DNA from: Candidatus Curtissbacteria bacterium RIFOXYA1_FULL_41_14
Lineage (GTDB): Bacteria > Patescibacteriota > Microgenomatia > Curtissbacterales > GWA2-41-24
Length of the DNA stretch: 64,000 nt
Assembly (NCBI GenBank): GCA_001775095.1
Contig: MFCA01000025.1
Coordinates: 22,994-86,993, forward strand
Reading direction: 5' to 3'
Positions 45,002 through 53,657 of the stretch are shown here, one piece after another. The first letter of the stretch is position 1, and every line of letters starts with the position of its first letter. The notes beneath the pieces were generated by a model. It saw only the letters and a list, made by a program, of their open reading frames with translations, was not told where the DNA came from and made no database searches. Both the position numbers and the translations under genes were made by a program.

Positions 45002-46151
45002 ATATCAACTCCCCCGCCTTTTGACCTCTGGTTCTGGCGAGGTTGACAAGAATTTCCAAAGCTCTTGGCGTATTAAGATTTTCATCCATGACTTTAAAAA
45101 ATGCCGGCAATAATTTTTTGGCTTGTTGACTGGTTAGTTTTGGATTTTTTTGAGAAGATTTTTCTAAGGTTTGGGCAGTTTTAACAGATTCATCCAACTT
45201 TCTTTGTTCATAATTCCATGCTTTTTGCCAATGATGAGAGAGAAGAAAAATTCTAATTGCATTAGGGCTATATTTCTTAAGAAGGTCATAGACAAAAACC
45301 ATGTTGCCAAGGCTTTTGCTCATTTTCTTGCCTTCACAGTAAACCATGGCTGTATGCATCCAGATTTTGACAAATTTTTTACCTGTGTAGTTTTCACTTT
45401 GGGCGATTTCCGCCTCGTGATGAGGAAAAAGCAGATCTGACCCCCCACCGTGGATGGTGATTGTCTGCCCGAGGTATTTCATACTCATTGCTGAACACTC
45501 AATATGCCATCCGGGTCTGCCTCTACCCCATGGAGAATTCCAAAAAGGCTCGATAAATTTCTCGCTTGCAGACCAGCCGGCAGATGTTTTGGACTTTTGC
45601 CAAAGGACAAAATCCAATGGATCCTTTTTATTGGGATCCAAGGGAAAATTTCCCCGGTCATTGGCGATTTCCAGCATTGCCCCATAGCTGAATCTGGAAA
45701 GATCGCCAAATTTTTGGTCGCTTTTGACATTAAAATACACCGAACCATTGACTTCGTAAGTCAAACCCTTGTCAACTAAAACCTTAATAATCGAAATCAT
45801 TTCGTTTATGTGTTTTGTCGCCCAAGGAAAGAAGTCCGGCCGGAGAAGCCCAAGTCTATCCATGTTTTTCAAGTGTTTTTTGGTTTCCGTTGTTGCCAGT
45901 TTTTTCCAATTGGTACTGGTCAATTTGGCGTGGATTAATATATCGTCATCAATGTCCGTGACATTCTGGACATAAATGACTTTGCCGCCCAAAAACCTCA
46001 AATATCTGACAAGAACATCATATATAAGAAATGTGAAAGCGTGACCGATATGAGTTGTATCATAAGGCGTAATCCCGCAGACATAAATGCCAATCTTTTG
46101 AGAAATATCAACGTTTTCAAATTTGCGGGAGAAAGAATTGTAGAGTTTCAT
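44967..46151 (-). CDS. Short CysRS paralog, MshC-like cysteine ligase
   Basis: CGITPYDTTHIGH, GRPGWHIECSAM, KMSKS; 394 aa with no apparent anticodon-binding domain. Confidence 0.75.
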   Translation of the reverse strand: MKLYNSFSRKFENVDISQKIGIYVCGITPYDTTHIGHAFTFLIYDVLVRYLRFLGGKVIYVQNVTDIDDDILIHAKLTSTNWKKLATTETKKHLKNMDRLGLLRPDFFPWATKHINEMISIIKVLVDKGLTYEVNGSVYFNVKSDQKFGDLSRFSYGAMLEIANDRGNFPLDPNKKDPLDFVLWQKSKTSAGWSASEKFIEPFWNSPWGRGRPGWHIECSAMSMKYLGQTITIHGGGSDLLFPHHEAEIAQSENYTGKKFVKIWMHTAMVYCEGKKMSKSLGNMVFVYDLLKKYSPNAIRIFLLSHHWQKAWNYEQRKLDESVKTAQTLEKSSQKNPKLTSQQAKKLLPAFFKVMDENLNTPRALEILVNLARTRGQKAGELISTCGQILGLKF

Positions 46152-46155
46152 CTAT

Positions 46156-46863
46156 TTAGCGAAGGACTATTCTTTTAAAGCCTTCTGCATATTTTGCCTT
46201 GATTTTTCTACCTGAACGCCTGGCCCACAATTTAATCATTTTTTCCATTTGGCTGGGGTCTTTAATCTGACTTTTATGTTCCTTAAGGGCCTTGATTTTT
46301 AAATCGAGAGTATCAGTGATATCAACAATAAAATTCGGCTTTTCAAAAGCAGTTAATAAGATTTCTTTGACTTTATGAGGTGCAAATCCTTTTTTCGCGA
46401 GGTCTGGAAATGTTAAGCGGTCGCGGGCTAGGGGGAAAACCGCAGACAAAGTGGCTTCGGCAGCTGCGATATGATCCGGGTGATTGATATAGCCGAGATC
46501 GATCGAGTAGCGTGCAGTTGGATCCAGGGTAACTACCAAGGCCGGTCTAATCTTTCGAATAACTTTAACTATCTCTTTTTTAAGTTCGAGTGTCGGTTCA
46601 AGCTCAGTATCGTGATGATTCAAAAAATATACTTTTTTGACCCCTAAAACTTTGGCCGCATCTTCCTGTTCTTTCCTTCGGATTTTGGCAAGTTTTGCCG
46701 ATGTCATTTTAGGATCATCGGAACCCTTGTTGCCATTTGTGCAAAGGAGGTAATAAACAACTGCCCCTTCCCCAATCCATTTGGCGATTGAGCCGGAAGC
46801 TATAAAATCAATGTCGTCTTGATGGGCTCCAACAGCAAGAATTACCTCATTTCTTTTTGACAT
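46156..46863 (-). CDS. PIG-L/LmbE family deacetylase
   Basis: AHQDD, RRKEQ, HPDH, ALKEHKSQ, YAEGF. Confidence 0.9.
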   Translation of the reverse strand: MSKRNEVILAVGAHQDDIDFIASGSIAKWIGEGAVVYYLLCTNGNKGSDDPKMTSAKLAKIRRKEQEDAAKVLGVKKVYFLNHHDTELEPTLELKKEIVKVIRKIRPALVVTLDPTARYSIDLGYINHPDHIAAAEATLSAVFPLARDRLTFPDLAKKGFAPHKVKEILLTAFEKPNFIVDITDTLDLKIKALKEHKSQIKDPSQMEKMIKLWARRSGRKIKAKYAEGFKRIVLR

Positions 46864-48181
46864 AATTTTTAAGTCTGGTAATCGTCTCCTCTTGACCAAG
46901 TTGTTCCATAGATTCGTAAAGAGGAGGGGTAATTATACTACCTGAGACAATATTTCTGACAGCAGAAATTAACTCTATCCTGTCGATTTTTTTAAGGACA
47001 GCTGTTTCCTCGATTAATTTCCTGATGACAGAATTATTCCAAACCTTACTTTTTTCAAAAACTGAGATTACATCAGCAATCAATGAAACAGACAGTGATA
47101 TTTTGGGAATATTTGAAATTTTCGGGCGGTTGAAAAAGAAGTCCGCCATTTTTGGGAATTCCAACAATGTTTTCATCCGTTCCCTGACAAGTGGTATTAA
47201 AGATCTGATTTTTTCAAGATCATATTGGGGAAAAAGGGTTTTAATCTGTTTGGCAAGTCTGTCGTCTTTGATCTTTTTCATCCACTCCCGATTAAACCAA
47301 TTTAATTTTTCGCCGTTGAAGATCGGGCTGTTTTTGTTAAGGCGATCAAGCGAAAATTCGCGAGTTAAATCATTTAGAGAAAATATTTCTCTATCGTCTT
47401 TGGGCGCCCAACCAAGAAGGCTCAAAAAGTTAACTAGAGCTTCGGGCAGATAACCTTCATCTATATATTCGATAACTGATTTTGCACCTTCGCGCTTTGA
47501 AAGCTTTTTACGATCAGGTCCCAGGATTGGCGGCAGATGAATAAAAGCAGGATATAGCCACGAAAAGGCCTCGTACAAAAGAAGATGTTTTGGAGTTGAT
47601 GATATCCATTCGTCCCCGCGGATGACGTGGGAGATTTGCATATCGTGATCATCAACAACAGAGGCAAAGTGATACGTCGGGAAACCGTCGGATTTTACTA
47701 TGATAAAGTCTTCGAGTACATCGGATAAAAACTTAATTTCGCCATGAACCAAATCTTGCCATTTTAGGGTTTTTCCTTTTGGAATTTTGAAGCGCCAAGA
47801 TCCTTGGTCTTCATAAACCAGCTTCTGGTCTTTTAGAATTTTCAGGTGTTTCTGGTAAAGATCCAGTCTTCTGGACTGCTCGTAATACTCATCCCATTTC
47901 AAACCAAGAACCGAGAGGCTTTCTTGAATTATTTCTCGAGAGCCTGGAACTAGTCTTTTACGATCGGTGTCCTCAAGCCTGAGTATGAAGGTGCCATCCT
48001 GATTTTTTGCATACAAAAAATCAAAAAGGGCTGTTCTTATATTGCCGATATGAGGAACTCCAGTTGGCGACGGGGCATATCGAACACGGACCCTTCGACT
48101 ACGCTCAGGGTCTTCGACCTTTCGACTACGCTCAGGGTCTTCGACCTTTCGACTACGCTGCGGGTCTTCGGTCTTTTTCAT
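46847..48181 (-). CDS. gltX: Glutamate--tRNA ligase with a 27-aa N-terminal repeat insertion
   Basis: RVRYAPSPTGVPHIGN, LRLEDTD, HVIRGDEW, KLSKR. Confidence 0.96.
   Translation of the reverse strand: MKKTEDPQRSRKVEDPERSRKVEDPERSRRVRVRYAPSPTGVPHIGNIRTALFDFLYAKNQDGTFILRLEDTDRKRLVPGSREIIQESLSVLGLKWDEYYEQSRRLDLYQKHLKILKDQKLVYEDQGSWRFKIPKGKTLKWQDLVHGEIKFLSDVLEDFIIVKSDGFPTYHFASVVDDHDMQISHVIRGDEWISSTPKHLLLYEAFSWLYPAFIHLPPILGPDRKKLSKREGAKSVIEYIDEGYLPEALVNFLSLLGWAPKDDREIFSLNDLTREFSLDRLNKNSPIFNGEKLNWFNREWMKKIKDDRLAKQIKTLFPQYDLEKIRSLIPLVRERMKTLLEFPKMADFFFNRPKISNIPKISLSVSLIADVISVFEKSKVWNNSVIRKLIEETAVLKKIDRIELISAVRNIVSGSIITPPLYESMEQLGQEETITRLKNYVKKK
48091..48171. repeat. 3 x 27-bp hairpin-unit tandem, in-frame in gltX (VEDPERSRK)
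   Basis: cccttcgactacgctcagggtcttcga plus two variants; removal gives MKKIRVRYAPSPTG. Confidence 0.95.
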
Positions 48182-48198
48182 GGTAAAATTGTATCACG

Positions 48199-49233
48199 GT
48201 GACAAACTTAACCGAAACTGCATCTTTTTCAAGAAAATCTTTTATTTGGGTCCTTCGGTTGGTTGGGGTAATTATTATTTTAATCCTTTTAATATCACTG
48301 GGCAGAGTTTTAAAAAATACGATCTTTCCACCCAAACCACTGCCCGCAACGGTTGCCTTCGGCAAATTACCAAAGCCTGATTTGACAGAGGGTATAAAGC
48401 CAAGTGCAGGAATTACCTATAAAATCGAGACGATCAGCGGTCAATTACCAACGCTGCCCAATACGGCTAAAGTTTTTGCGATAGTCGCCAATGAATCTTC
48501 ATTTGGAGCACTGGAGAGGACCCGTACAATTGTTTCAAAACTTGGATTTACACAGGAGCCTCAAAAAATCTCGGGTAATATTTATAAGTTTCAAAACACT
48601 AAAGAGGGAGGAACTATTACAATTGATATTTCCAGCAATAACTTTATTCTGGAGGGTGACTATTTTAATAATCCAGAAATAATTTCAACACGACCGAGAA
48701 GCCTTGAGGATGCTGTCGATTTGGCCAAAGATTTCTTTAGTAACTTTGATCTTGTCTGGGAAGAATTTCCTAAGGACAGGATCCAAACTTCTACTCTGCG
48801 ACTTGACGCCGGACAGTTAACAGAAACACCATCGCTTTCTTCTGCAAATTTAGTGCGGGTAAATTTTCAGAGGGCAAGTTTGGATGGCTTAAATATAATC
48901 AGCCCGCAAGAGGATAGACCCCCGGCACAAGCATTGGTTTCTGAAAGAAAAGTAGTCGAAGCAGAACTTTCAAAGCTTTCAACTGCCCATAACGAATTTG
49001 CAACATATCCTCTAAAGGGAACAGCAAAAGCATTTGAGCAGATAACATCAGGTCAGGGTGCTTTGAACAAAAGACCAACAGGCGCAAATATTCCAATAAG
49101 AAGTGTTGATCTTTGTTATCTTGAAACTAAAAACTATCAAAGTTATTTGCAGCCGGTATACGCTTTTAAAAGTGACGATGGCTTGATAGTGTATGTGGCA
49201 GCGGTTGATGATTTTTGGATCACTGCGGATTAA
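48199..49233 (+). CDS. Hypothetical membrane-anchored protein
   Basis: N-terminal TM, FGKLP, YPLK, LQPVYAF. Confidence 0.75.
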   Translation: MTNLTETASFSRKSFIWVLRLVGVIIILILLISLGRVLKNTIFPPKPLPATVAFGKLPKPDLTEGIKPSAGITYKIETISGQLPTLPNTAKVFAIVANESSFGALERTRTIVSKLGFTQEPQKISGNIYKFQNTKEGGTITIDISSNNFILEGDYFNNPEIISTRPRSLEDAVDLAKDFFSNFDLVWEEFPKDRIQTSTLRLDAGQLTETPSLSSANLVRVNFQRASLDGLNIISPQEDRPPAQALVSERKVVEAELSKLSTAHNEFATYPLKGTAKAFEQITSGQGALNKRPTGANIPIRSVDLCYLETKNYQSYLQPVYAFKSDDGLIVYVAAVDDFWITAD

Positions 49234-50113
49234 GCCACTGGTGGTTGGTAAAGGCCCACTCTATAAGCTGCTTTGATTCTCCAAAACGGTCATATGAGCC
49301 TAAGACTACAGTGGTAATTGTATGGTCATTGCGAGTCGTTTTGGTAATTAAAACTTCTAGAGAGCCTTCTGTTTGGCCTGTTTTGACGCCTTCAACCCCT
49401 TCTATTTCGCCAAGTAACTCGTTAATATTTTCTAAATAATAAATTTTGAAACCATTAACATCATTCAAAACAGCGTTCTTTGTGGCGACTATTTTGGATA
49501 TTAAGGGACTAGCAACCGCAACTTTGGCGAGCTTCGCAAGATCACGGGCAGACGAATATTGAAGTGGATCGTCGAATCCGGCCGGATTAAGAAAGTGGCT
49601 ATTTTCCATTTTCAATTCCTTGGCCTTTTGGTTCATTGACTCCACAAAGCGATAGGAGGAGTCCGAACAAGAATCAGCCAACACAAAAGCCGCATCGTTA
49701 CCGGAGGCAACTAATAAGCCATAGAGTAAATCTTTGACCGTAACTAAATCACCCTGGGTAAGTCCCATCTGGGTTCCTTCTCCAACTACCTTTCCAACCC
49801 TTATTACTTGCTCTGGATCACATTTCTCAAGCGCAACAATTGCTGTCATCAATTTGGTAGTTGATGCGGGTAAATGGCGAGTATCGGGATTTTTCGTAAA
49901 AAGCTCAATTGCTGTTTTACTGTCGATTACAATTGCTGAGCTTGCGGAAATCTCCGGCGGTTGATGGGGGTTTTCAACTGCGACCGGGTAAGGATAAAGT
50001 TCAGGTACCTCGTTTATAATCGGCAATTTTTGAGGCTGACTTTTGGCAAAGGCAATAAATACAGTAAAAGATAGAAGTATTAAAACTGCGCAAAGATAAC
50101 GGGTAAGATTCAC
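49220..50113 (-). CDS. D-alanyl-D-alanine carboxypeptidase (S11)
   Basis: ASTTK, SGN, KTG. Confidence 0.92.
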   Translation of the reverse strand: MNLTRYLCAVLILLSFTVFIAFAKSQPQKLPIINEVPELYPYPVAVENPHQPPEISASSAIVIDSKTAIELFTKNPDTRHLPASTTKLMTAIVALEKCDPEQVIRVGKVVGEGTQMGLTQGDLVTVKDLLYGLLVASGNDAAFVLADSCSDSSYRFVESMNQKAKELKMENSHFLNPAGFDDPLQYSSARDLAKLAKVAVASPLISKIVATKNAVLNDVNGFKIYYLENINELLGEIEGVEGVKTGQTEGSLEVLITKTTRNDHTITTVVLGSYDRFGESKQLIEWAFTNHQWLNPQ

Positions 50114-51471
50114 AACTGTCTAATGCCAAGTTCTTTCAGGGTTTCTTTGTCGACATCCGAAGGCGCATCCATAACCGCAGTCCGGCCGGTTGAAGTCATC
50201 GGAAAAGGAATGACCTCGCGTATATCTTTCTCTCCGGTTAAAAGCATTAACCAGCGATCAATGCCGCAAGCAATTCCGCCGTGAGGAGGAGCGCCATAGG
50301 CAAAAGCCTCAAGCATATGGCCAAACTTTTCCTCAATATCTTTTCTCTTGTGGCCTAAAACTTCAAAAACTTTGGTCAGAATTTGCCCATCATTACTTCT
50401 GATGCTCCCGCCTCCCATCTCAACACCGTTAGCGACCAGATCGTATTGGCAGGTTTTAATCCCTTCAATTTGGCCCCTTAAAAAGGCCTCTTTATCATCC
50501 GGGGCAAGATCGGAAAAGGGATTGTGGGAATAAGTCCATTTACTGTTTGCATCTTTTACAAAAAACGGGAAATCAACCACCCAGGCAAAGGCAAAAGTGT
50601 TTGGCTTTTTCTCGCCTTCTGCACGCAGATCGAATTTATCTGAACCGAATTTTTTCATTGCCTCCTCATAGGTAAAGACTGGAAAGGGTTTTTTAAAAAT
50701 CTTAGCACCCATTTTTTCAAAAACTTGAGTCGCCAGGCCTTCTGTCATGGCCATCACATCTTCTCTTTTGACAAAGCTCATTTCCAGATCAATCTGGGTA
50801 TGTTCAAAAGCCCGGTCTGAACGCAGGTCCTCATCTCTAAGGCATCTGGCAATTTGGAAATACTTCTCAAAACCGGCAATCATCAAAAGTTGTTTATATT
50901 GCTGGGGAGATTGGGGGAGGGCATAAAATTTGCCTTTCTGAAAACGGGAAGGGACGATGAAGTCTCTAGAGCCTTCCGGTGTTGATTTGGTTAAAATTGG
51001 AGTTTCAATTTCGACAAAGTCGTTTTCAAAAAGATACTGACGGGCAATTTCGACAAGTTTTGACCGCAGCTTAATATTTTTCTGCAATCTTTTGCGCCTC
51101 AGATCGAGATAACGGTACTTAAGCCTTAAATCTTCCTCTATATCATATCCATCCGTATCAATTGGGAATGGTGGGGTTTTTGACTCGTTTAAAACGGTAA
51201 ATTTTGTTGCTTTAACTTCAACTTCGCCGGTCTCAATTTTAGGGTTGACGAGATTTTTTGGTCGTTTGTTTACTTCTCCTTCAATCTCGACCACAAATTC
51301 GGGCCTTAAACTTTTGGCTTCTTGGCCGCAGACAACTTGGATAATCCCCGATCGGTCCCGAAGATCAAGAAAAATTAGTTTTCCATGATCGCGACGGGTA
51401 TCGACCCAGCCCTGAAGTTTTACTTTCTGACCGATTTTTTTAATACTTTCAACGGCTAATGTCCTGTCCAT
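50110..51471 (-). CDS. aspS: Aspartate--tRNA ligase, short form lacking the insertion domain
   Basis: RDHG, STPEGSRDF, LPQSPQQYKQLLM, RDEDLR, GAPPHGG. Confidence 0.96.
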   Translation of the reverse strand: MDRTLAVESIKKIGQKVKLQGWVDTRRDHGKLIFLDLRDRSGIIQVVCGQEAKSLRPEFVVEIEGEVNKRPKNLVNPKIETGEVEVKATKFTVLNESKTPPFPIDTDGYDIEEDLRLKYRYLDLRRKRLQKNIKLRSKLVEIARQYLFENDFVEIETPILTKSTPEGSRDFIVPSRFQKGKFYALPQSPQQYKQLLMIAGFEKYFQIARCLRDEDLRSDRAFEHTQIDLEMSFVKREDVMAMTEGLATQVFEKMGAKIFKKPFPVFTYEEAMKKFGSDKFDLRAEGEKKPNTFAFAWVVDFPFFVKDANSKWTYSHNPFSDLAPDDKEAFLRGQIEGIKTCQYDLVANGVEMGGGSIRSNDGQILTKVFEVLGHKRKDIEEKFGHMLEAFAYGAPPHGGIACGIDRWLMLLTGEKDIREVIPFPMTSTGRTAVMDAPSDVDKETLKELGIRQL

Positions 51472-51569
51472 TGACTTTTGGAAAATCTATCTATTTTATT
51501 TTCTTCAGTCAATTCTAAACTAAACAAGGTTGACAATCAAAGATTATGTTGAGTAATATTTTTAAGTAT

Positions 51570-51701
51570 GGTTTTTAACTTAAACAGAACTCCCCTTACT
51601 TTAGGTCTCTTGCTTTGCAGGAGCTACGGGGAGGTTATGGTTTAGGTTACAAAAACCCAACCGAATCGGAAAAGATACCTCCCCAAAAGGGAGGGTTTTT
51701 T
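51570..51701 (+). ncRNA. Candidate structured RNA or attenuator leader
   Basis: TTGACA-N18-TAATAT upstream; long imperfect hairpin 51570-51657, then a terminator. Confidence 0.45.
51678..51701 (+). terminator. Rho-independent terminator
   Basis: cctccc-caaaa-gggagg-gtttttt. Confidence 0.75.
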
Positions 51702-51718
51702 ATGGGTGAAAGGTTAAA

Positions 51719-51886
51719 ATGCCGGAAAGAGAAAATCAGGATAATAATCAGTTTGATCAAGATAAATCCCCGGATACTAACAAAGATCAACGAGTTGGCC
51801 CTCAGAACTATGACATTCTCGAGGAGGTTGGAAAGATTGTTGATGAAAAGTCAAGACAAGATTTCATTGATCAAATGAATGCCTAA
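51719..51886 (+). CDS. Small acidic hypothetical protein, 55 aa (not in the ORF track)
   Basis: MPERENQDNNQFDQ...FIDQMNA*; purine-rich upstream sequence. Confidence 0.5.
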   Translation: MPERENQDNNQFDQDKSPDTNKDQRVGPQNYDILEEVGKIVDEKSRQDFIDQMNA

Positions 51887-51899
51887 TTTTAGATTTATT

Positions 51900-51955
51900 G
51901 TCGAGAACTTCTCGACTCTCCCGCCCTTTTTGAAAAAAGGCGGGATCGCTCGAAG
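51900..51955. repeat. Hairpin-family variant with an inserted GC hairpin
   Basis: cttc-tcgact[tcccgcc..ggcggga]cgctc-gaag. Confidence 0.7.
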
Positions 51956-51968
51956 AATAAAAAGGGGG

Positions 51969-53600
51969 TCAGGATTTGATTTTTAAATCCCTTAGCTTGA
52001 GCTGGATTGCGTTGTTGCCGTTGTAACGGTCTTCGGCTAAAGTATAAACCGCATCTACTGAATATCCCGGCCTGATTTGGGATCTAAATTCACCCATGTT
52101 AAATCCGATTGCCGAAAAACCGTCAATTTGAAGTTTTAAATGATCGTTCTTTTGACCGACACACCTAACATCTTCAACTAACATTCCTTTTGTTAAAAAT
52201 AGAGGTTCACGATTACCAACACCAAAAGGCTCAAACTCGTCGATAATTTCCAAGGTATTGCGGCTGATATCATCGAGTTGCAACTCACATTCGATGGAAA
52301 GTTTTCGTGCAAGCGATTCCACCGATAGCTTTCCTTTGGCATAGTAGTTTATCGAATCTGAAAAACTTTGGATATGGCAAGTTTCGATGGTAAATCCGGC
52401 TGCCATTGGGTGTCCGCCAACATTAAGTACCAGATTACTTGACTTACTAATCGCTTCAACAATATTAAAACCGGCAACAGAACGGGCGGACCCTTTGGAA
52501 AAAGTCTCTCCTTGCGATATGACAATCATTGGCTTGTTATGGATTTCCATTAGCCGAGCGGCGACTAACCCGATAATTCCCTCGTGCCAATTTGGGTGTG
52601 ATATGACTCCAATTGGACTCTCTCCATTAACCATTACTTTTGCTTCCTGAATAATTTTGGAGGTTAAATCCTGTCTTTTGGTATTGGTTTTACAAAGCAA
52701 TCTAGCAAGACTAGCAGCTTGATCCTGATTTTTGGCACAAATGAGCCTTAAAGCATCAATTGCGTGTTCGATTCTGCCCATGGCGTTAATCCGCGGAGCT
52801 ATAATATGGCCTATTTCAAAAGTTCCAATTTGCCCCGAAATTGAAGTTTCTCTGATTAAAGCCTGTAGCCCTGGCCTTGAAGTTTTTGAAATCTTTTCCA
52901 GCCCAAGTTTAACAATCGCCCGATTGGCACCAAGAAGGGGCACCAAATCCGCAACAGTAGCTATGCTTGCCAGCTCCAGTTTCTCGATCAGGTTTTCTCT
53001 ATATGAAGGTTTTAATTTTTCTGAAATTTCATAAGCTAAACGCCAGGCAACTCCGGCCCCGCACAAATCAGTCGAGTGAACAAGGGCAACAGCTTTAGGG
53101 AGTTTTTTGGGTAAAATGTGGTGATCAGTGACGATTACATCGATTCCTAGATCTTTCGCGTGATCGACTTGATCGACAGCTGCTACGCCATGGTCTACCG
53201 TGATAATTAACTTTACTTTTTTCTTGGCAAGTTCTGAAATTGCTTCTTTGGAAAGACCGTATCCTTCCTTTATTCTATGAGGTACATAGGGTAAGGTATC
53301 AGCGCCAAGATCATGGAGAGTTTCCCATAAAATTGCTGTACCGCAAATGCCGTCAGCGTCATAATCGGAATAAATAATTACCTTTTCCTTACTGCTGATG
53401 GCTTTTGAAATCCGTTTCAACGCTTTCTCAACATCAGTCAGTTTGACCTCAAGAATCTGTTCGAACTTGGGATTCAAAAATTCTTCAAGTTTCTTTTTAG
53501 AAGTCAGTCCCCTATTTTTTGCAAGTAGGGAGGGGAGCCAATTTTTACCTTTATTGCTAACAGAAGGTGAAATTACGTTCCAGATGTGTGTAACCACCAA
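51969..53600 (-). CDS. recJ: ssDNA exonuclease RecJ
   Basis: DYDADG, EGYG, TDHH, PRINAMGR, GSARS, GGHPMAAG. Confidence 0.96.
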   Translation of the reverse strand: MVVTHIWNVISPSVSNKGKNWLPSLLAKNRGLTSKKKLEEFLNPKFEQILEVKLTDVEKALKRISKAISSKEKVIIYSDYDADGICGTAILWETLHDLGADTLPYVPHRIKEGYGLSKEAISELAKKKVKLIITVDHGVAAVDQVDHAKDLGIDVIVTDHHILPKKLPKAVALVHSTDLCGAGVAWRLAYEISEKLKPSYRENLIEKLELASIATVADLVPLLGANRAIVKLGLEKISKTSRPGLQALIRETSISGQIGTFEIGHIIAPRINAMGRIEHAIDALRLICAKNQDQAASLARLLCKTNTKRQDLTSKIIQEAKVMVNGESPIGVISHPNWHEGIIGLVAARLMEIHNKPMIVISQGETFSKGSARSVAGFNIVEAISKSSNLVLNVGGHPMAAGFTIETCHIQSFSDSINYYAKGKLSVESLARKLSIECELQLDDISRNTLEIIDEFEPFGVGNREPLFLTKGMLVEDVRCVGQKNDHLKLQIDGFSAIGFNMGEFRSQIRPGYSVDAVYTLAEDRYNGNNAIQLKLRDLKIKS

Positions 53601-53657
53601 ATCATTCTATCAAGAAATATGAATGTCTGCTTAAGAAAAGAGATATAATTTTAGTAG

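Noticed and set aside
51615-51878. 87-aa ORF from the track
   Set aside because: TTG start inside a hairpin and it runs through a terminator; the 51719-51886 frame is more plausible.
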